This document shows positions 59,262-64,000 of a DNA stretch of 64,000 nt, piece after piece. Below the pieces are notes generated by a model. That model did no database searches. It worked only from the letters and a program-made list of their open reading frames with translations, and was not told where the DNA came from. The first letter of the stretch is position 1; the number at the start of each line of letters is the position of its first letter. Location of the stretch: positions 27,590,001-27,654,000 of the forward strand of contig OX597819.1 in the NCBI GenBank assembly GCA_951406725.2. The letters run 5' to 3'. The position numbers and the translations under genes are program-made. The stretch is from Octopus vulgaris. Its lineage: Eukaryota.

Positions 59262-59544
59262 TTGTGTGGTAAGAAGCTGGCTTCCCAACCACATCATCGC
59301 TCTGGCTTCAGTCCCGTTGCGAGGCTTCTCGAGTGTCTTCTATGATAGCCTCGGACTGATAAATGCCTTATGAGTACATTTGGGAGACGGGAACAGAAAG
59401 AAGCCCGTCGTATATATATATATATATATAAGAAATTAAAAAGGAAAAATACAGACACTTTACATAGTTTTAATATAATTTTTAATATATCGACCGGTTT
59501 CGCTTTCGCTATTCATGATATTATGGTTTACTTATTTGAATATG

Positions 59545-59609
<65 letters not shown>

Positions 59610-59870
59610 GTGTGTGTGTGTGTGTGTGTGTGTGTGCATGTTTGTGTTTGACTTTGAGTTTGTGCTTGTTCCTCACCACCGTCTGACAACTGGTGTCGAT
59701 TTGTTGACGTCCCCGTAACTTAGCGATTCGGCAAAAGAGAACGATAGAATAAATACTTGACTAAAAAGAAAAAAAAATACTGGAATTGATTCATTCGGCC
59801 AAAATTCTTCAAGGTGGTGCCCCAGCATGGCCGCAATCCAACGACAGAAACAAAACTTAAAAGATGAAAG
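59262..59870 (+). mobile_element. Old SINE family A copy with an HHR fragment in its (TA)n tract
   Basis: Head at 59262-59410 and tail at 59640-59870. Confidence 0.75.
59487..59521 (-). ncRNA. 35-nt minimal hammerhead, A3-U8 variant
   Basis: atatc|ATGAATA|gc gaaa gc|GAAA|ccgg|T|C|gatat. Confidence 0.65.
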
Positions 59871-60175
59871 ATAATTAAAAATCACATTCTAAGTGGTAAG
59901 AACAAGTCACTATCTCAATGACTGGCTTGTGGCAAAAACAGTCAAGGGAGATAACCCTGAACATTTTCCACAATAGAAATGAATTTAACTTGGAAGACAG
60001 CGGAAGATTGATACTTAGAAATACGGTATCACTCCCGTGCGTGTTTCGTTCTTGTCGTCGTTGTTACAGCTGCTGTTGATGTTGTTGATCAGCCCCAAGG
60101 TGGCTCTGTAAAACAAGTATAACTGTTTACATTATTTACATTCGATGGATATTTGTCCTCATCTTGTTTGTTGTT

Positions 60176-60221
60176 AACACAACGTTTCGGCTGATATACC
60201 CTCCAGGCTTCTTCAGGTGTC
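60176..60221 (-). ncRNA. Hammerhead ribozyme, canonical core
   Basis: gacac|CTGAAGA|a|gcctg gagggtatat cagcc|GAAA|cg|T|T|gtgtt. Confidence 0.75.
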
Positions 60222-60407
60222 TTGGGAAATTTCGAACCTGGGTTCTTATTCCTAAGGTATTTTTTTGATGTTGTTATTATCATTATTATTGTTGTTGTTG
60301 TTGTTGTTGTTGTTCATGTCATTATTTGGAATCGAACTTGGAATCTTGGGCTTAGTAGCCCGCGCTCTTAACCACTACGCCATATGCCCGTGGGCATAAT
60401 AATAATG

Positions 60408-60492
<85 letters not shown>

Positions 60493-60543
60493 CAACATCA
60501 AAAATGCCTTAGGAATGAGAACCCAGGTTCGAAATTTCCCCAA

Positions 60544-60589
60544 GACATCTGAGGAAGGCTGGAGGGTATATCAGCTGAAACGTTGTGTT
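60544..60589 (+). ncRNA. Hammerhead ribozyme, canonical core
   Basis: gacat|CTGAGGA|a|ggctg gagggtatat cagct|GAAA|cg|T|T|gtgtt. Confidence 0.75.
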
Positions 60590-60897
60590 AAAAACAAACA
60601 AGGACAAATATCCATCAAATGTAAATAATGTAAATAATGTACTTAATTCCTCATCTCTTAAATATAGAAAAGTATAACTTTTGTCACCACGCTTTACCTC
60701 TTTTATTTTTGTTTTTGTTATAATGAACCCTCAAACCCCAAAACAACAAAATCTAATGGGTGATTTAAACAATAAATTGTAAACGAAACGAAATTTGACT
60801 GTTATTTCTAGTATGTCGAGCGACCAGATTGAGCAGTGGTTCTCAACAAGGGTTCATATAAGATTCTGTTGTTGATGTTGATGGTTATACTTGTACA

Positions 60898-61268
60898 GTG
60901 GAGTCGCAATGGCCCAGTGGTTAGGGCAGCGGACTCGCGGTTTCGATTCCCAGACCGGGCGTTGAGAGTGTTTATTGAGCGAAAACACCTAAAGCTCCAC
61001 GAGGCTCCGGCAGGGGATGGTGGTGATCCCTGCTGTACTCTTTCACCACAACTTTCTCTCACGCTTACTTCCTGTTTCTGTTGTACCTGTATTTCAAAGG
61101 GGCCGGCCTTGTCACTCTCTGTGTCACGTTGAATATCCCTGAGAACTACGTTAAGGGTACACGTGTCTGTGGAGTGCTCAGCCACTTACACGTTAATTTC
61201 ACGAGCAGGCTGTTCTATTGATCGGATCAACCGGAACCCTCGTCGTCGTAACCGACGGAGTGCTTCCA
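60898..61268 (+). mobile_element. SINE family D (tRNA-derived head)
   Basis: A box tggcccagtggttagggcag, B box ttcgattccc, GC-rich body; single copy in the window. Confidence 0.7.
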
Positions 61269-61817
61269 TCCATTATACTTGTACAAGTTATAAAACATTT
61301 TTACAATATTTTTTATACAATTTCTAATACAATAGGGGACAATAGGGGACATCGAATTGTTGTGAGGGTCCAGTGAAATAAAATAGGAATCAAAGGGACA
61401 TATAGGCAAAATATGGTTGACAACGATTGAGGCTTTCTCATTTATTCGTCCTGTAACCTTGAAGATTAATGTTCGTGATTACAGGGGTGGAAACAGGTAT
61501 AGTTTGGACGCCTTCATAAGAGACCATCATTTAGTGTCCTCAAAAAACGTCGTCGTTGTTGTGGCTGTTATGGCTGTGGTGTTGATAGTGACGTCGATGC
61601 TGCTGCCTGTAGTGGTGATGTTGATGGTATTGCAGGGGAGGGGGGAGTTGTGATGGTAGTGCTATTGGTCGTCGTCTTCGTCATCGTCATCGTCGTCGTA
61701 TTTGTGATGATGTCGTCTTAAGTAGAGAAGCCTGAGGCTCGTCTACTTAAGCAGATTCTCCATAGCATTGACAAGGAGAAAATTCTCATGTCCAATGTTT
61801 CTCCTTATATATATATG

Positions 61818-61850
<33 letters not shown>

Positions 61851-61949
61851 ATTAATATATACATTTAGTAATTTTCATACTTTCAAATGTGCGTGTGTGT
61901 GTGTTTGCGGGTATGTATTTGTGTGTGTGTGTGTGTGTTTTTATTTATT

Positions 61950-62517
61950 CATTTTACTCTTTTATTCCTTTACTGGTTTCAGCTAGAGGCTGGGGCCATG
62001 CTGGAGCACCGTCTTTCAGTGTTTGGGGGGTCTCATATCGATAGTATTTTCGGGCTCATCTGAGATTTCAGGTAGAAATCTGTCCAGGTGCTTTTTGAAC
62101 GTTTCCACATCTATACCTTGCAGATCTCTTAGGTTCCTTGGCAGGGTATTAAACAATTTTGGTCCCCTGAAACCCAAGCTGTTGTAATACAGAGTCCTTC
62201 TCTGAGACGATGAAGACGGTATCTTTGGTATTATGCACTGCCGTCCAGTTCGGTGGTTTGTCTAGCTTTTAATTTCGAAGTTGGGAGCTAGACCTTCCAG
62301 GATCTTCCATATGTATATCACTGCATACCTTCCTCGCCTTCTCTCCAGGGAGTAGAACTTCAGTTCTTGTAGCCTCTCCTCGAAACTAATGTTTCACCGA
62401 GTCAATCTTTTTCGTGTAATGGTGCTGTACTGCCTCAAGTTCTGCCATCAATTTGACCCTATGCGGTGACAACAGTCAGTTGGGAGCAGTAATCTGCACA
62501 ACTGAGGACAAATGTCC
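61950..62517 (-). mobile_element. CR1/L2-group LINE 3' fragment, related to 16298-17530
   Basis: Minus-strand translation YYNSLGFRGPKLFNTLPRNLRDLQGIDVETFKKHLDRFL...DEP; tail cggtgctccagcatggcc...ctgaaaccagtaaaggaataaaagagtaaaa. Confidence 0.85.
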
Positions 62518-62554
62518 TCCATAGGAGTAGCAAGGTATCCTTATATATATACAT

Positions 62555-62720
62555 AGGCGCAGGAGTGGCTGTGTGGTAAGTAGCTTGTTTACCAACCACA
62601 TGGTTCTGGGTTCAGTCCCACTGCGTGCCACCTTGGGCAAGTGTCTTCTACTATAGCCTCGGGCCGACCAATGCCTTGTGAGTGGATTTGGTAGACGGAA
62701 ACTGAAAGAAGCCTGTCGTA

Positions 62721-62787
<67 letters not shown>

Positions 62788-62996
62788 TTGTGTGTCTGTG
62801 TTTGTCCCCCTAGCATTGCTTGACAACCGATGCTGGTGTGTTTACGTCCCCGTCACTTAGCGGTTCGGCAAAAGAGACCGATAGAATAAGTACTGGGCTT
62901 ACAAAGAATAAGTCCTGGGGTCGATTTGCTCGACTAAAGGCGGTGCTCCAGCATGGCCGCAGTCAAATGACTGAAACAAGTAAAAGAGTAAAAAGA

Positions 62997-62998
<2 letters not shown>
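62555..62998 (+). mobile_element. SINE family A, full length, young
   Basis: Complete head, internal (TA)n(TG)n and tail. Confidence 0.92.
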
Positions 62999-63056
<58 letters not shown>

Positions 63057-63259
63057 TAGGTGTGTGTATTCATACATGTATATGCATGTATATCTACGTA
63101 TGTAAGCATATATGTATAGTATGCATACATGTATATTTTTTTTCTTTTTATCACAGTTTATATTGTAACTCCTGGAGTATTGCATGCGTAGTAGGCTTGC
63201 TGCCTACAGCCTACGGTACCATGTTATCTGGGGGGTTTTTCAACTAATACTTACCTGAT

Positions 63260-63625
63260 TATTCTAGATGTGCCCAAGGAGGCAAAGCTTTTGCAATAGT
63301 TCTACTGGGCACCCTATTCTAATTTTCTTTATATTCCTCTTCATGCCTTGTTGGATCCCCAAGGCCCCAAGAATAATCGGTACTATCGTTACCTTCTTCA
63401 TTTTCCATAACCGGGCTATTTCGTACTTAAGAGGGTTGTATCTATTTATATTTTCGTCTTCCTTCTTGACTATTCGTGGGTCAAAGGGCCATGTAACATC
63501 AACTACACGGCATATGTGGTGCACGTTGTCCGCCACCACTAGGTCCGGTCCGTTATGCTCCAGCAGATATGCTTGGATTGAGAAATCCCAAAGGATTTTG
63601 CTTGTCTCCCACTTCGCAACTCTCT
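63260..63625 (-). mobile_element. R4/Dong-type LINE endonuclease domain remnant
   Basis: KILWDFSIQ...PDLVV...VDVTWPFD...KE...Y..LKYEIARLW....IVPIILGALG. Confidence 0.8.
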
Positions 63626-63629
63626 GGTT

Positions 63630-63845
63630 TGCGCTCCTTTAATCGGGACGGCAAGGCAGCTTTCTTTTGTCTGGTGACTGTGGCGAAAGAGGTTATCTGG
63701 TGGACGAGGCTGAAAGGAATGAGGACAGAAACTTACCTCTTTGGTAGAGCCCTCATCAACTTTTTCAAGTTTCACTTAAAAAGGAAAGTGAGGGTAGAGA
63801 GGGAGGTGCCATCCTCGAGTGAATTAGTGGTGGACGAATACAGCA
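63630..63845 (+). mobile_element. L1/Tx1 ORF2 C-terminal fragment
   Basis: GKAAFFCLVTVAKEVIWWTRLKG...LINFFKFH is homologous to GKNCFLIVVAIARKVIWKTRIKG...LVNFFTFH at about 27900-28030. Confidence 0.7.
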
Positions 63846-64000
63846 GAAACAAAAAAAAAACTCTTGTGCGTGTGTGTGATGCCGAAACTCTCTTTGCCAA
63901 AAAATATTTGAGTTTTTGTGTTTCTGTTGTATTCGTCCCCCACTAATGGCTGTTGGCTTATTTGTGTCCCGTAATTTAGCAGTTCGGCAAAAGATTCCAT

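Larger units (their letters stand above)
60125..60669. mobile_element. tRNA-headed, hammerhead-bearing non-autonomous element as an inverted pair with 10-bp TSD
   Basis: TSD aagtataact at 60115-60124 and 60670-60679; tRNA-like head 60389-60328 (minus); arms about 60125-60275 (minus) and 60490-60669 (plus). Confidence 0.8.

Noticed and set aside
60328-60389. Functional tRNA gene; likewise the SINE heads at 10042, 21962 and 60898
   Set aside because: The 3' acceptor strand does not pair with the 5' end and each is fused to a repeat body, so they are tRNA-derived promoters only.

Overview
AT-rich, microsatellite-saturated eukaryotic non-coding DNA (intron or intergenic). The repeat families resemble those I associate with octopus genomes; that is inference, not verified. 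I can support no intact host gene, and most ORFs in the track are translations of (TA)n, (CA)n, (TACA)n, (GATA)n, (AAT)n or (CAT)n repeats. The window contains at least four tRNA-derived SINE families, fragments of CR1/L2, L1/Tx1, RTE and R4/Dong-type LINEs, decayed Tc1 and mariner transposons, and Helitron/Helentron-like MITEs. It also holds a young Neptune-type Penelope-like element (PLE; RT plus GIY-YIG) present as a 1.5-kb inverted pair around a captured piece of flanking DNA. The most striking signal is 13 minimal type I hammerhead ribozyme (HHR) motifs from about 10 sequence families. Together they show all four Watson-Crick versions of the core 3-8 pair (C-G, G-C, A-U, U-A). One element fuses a tRNA-derived Pol III head to an HHR-bearing PLE-type tail and is flanked by a 10-bp target-site duplication (60125-60669), making it a candidate PLE-mobilised ribozyme SINE. 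Three HHR/PLE insertions sit in the internal (TA)n tract of one SINE family, whose 3' tail is shared with a CR1-type LINE in the same window.
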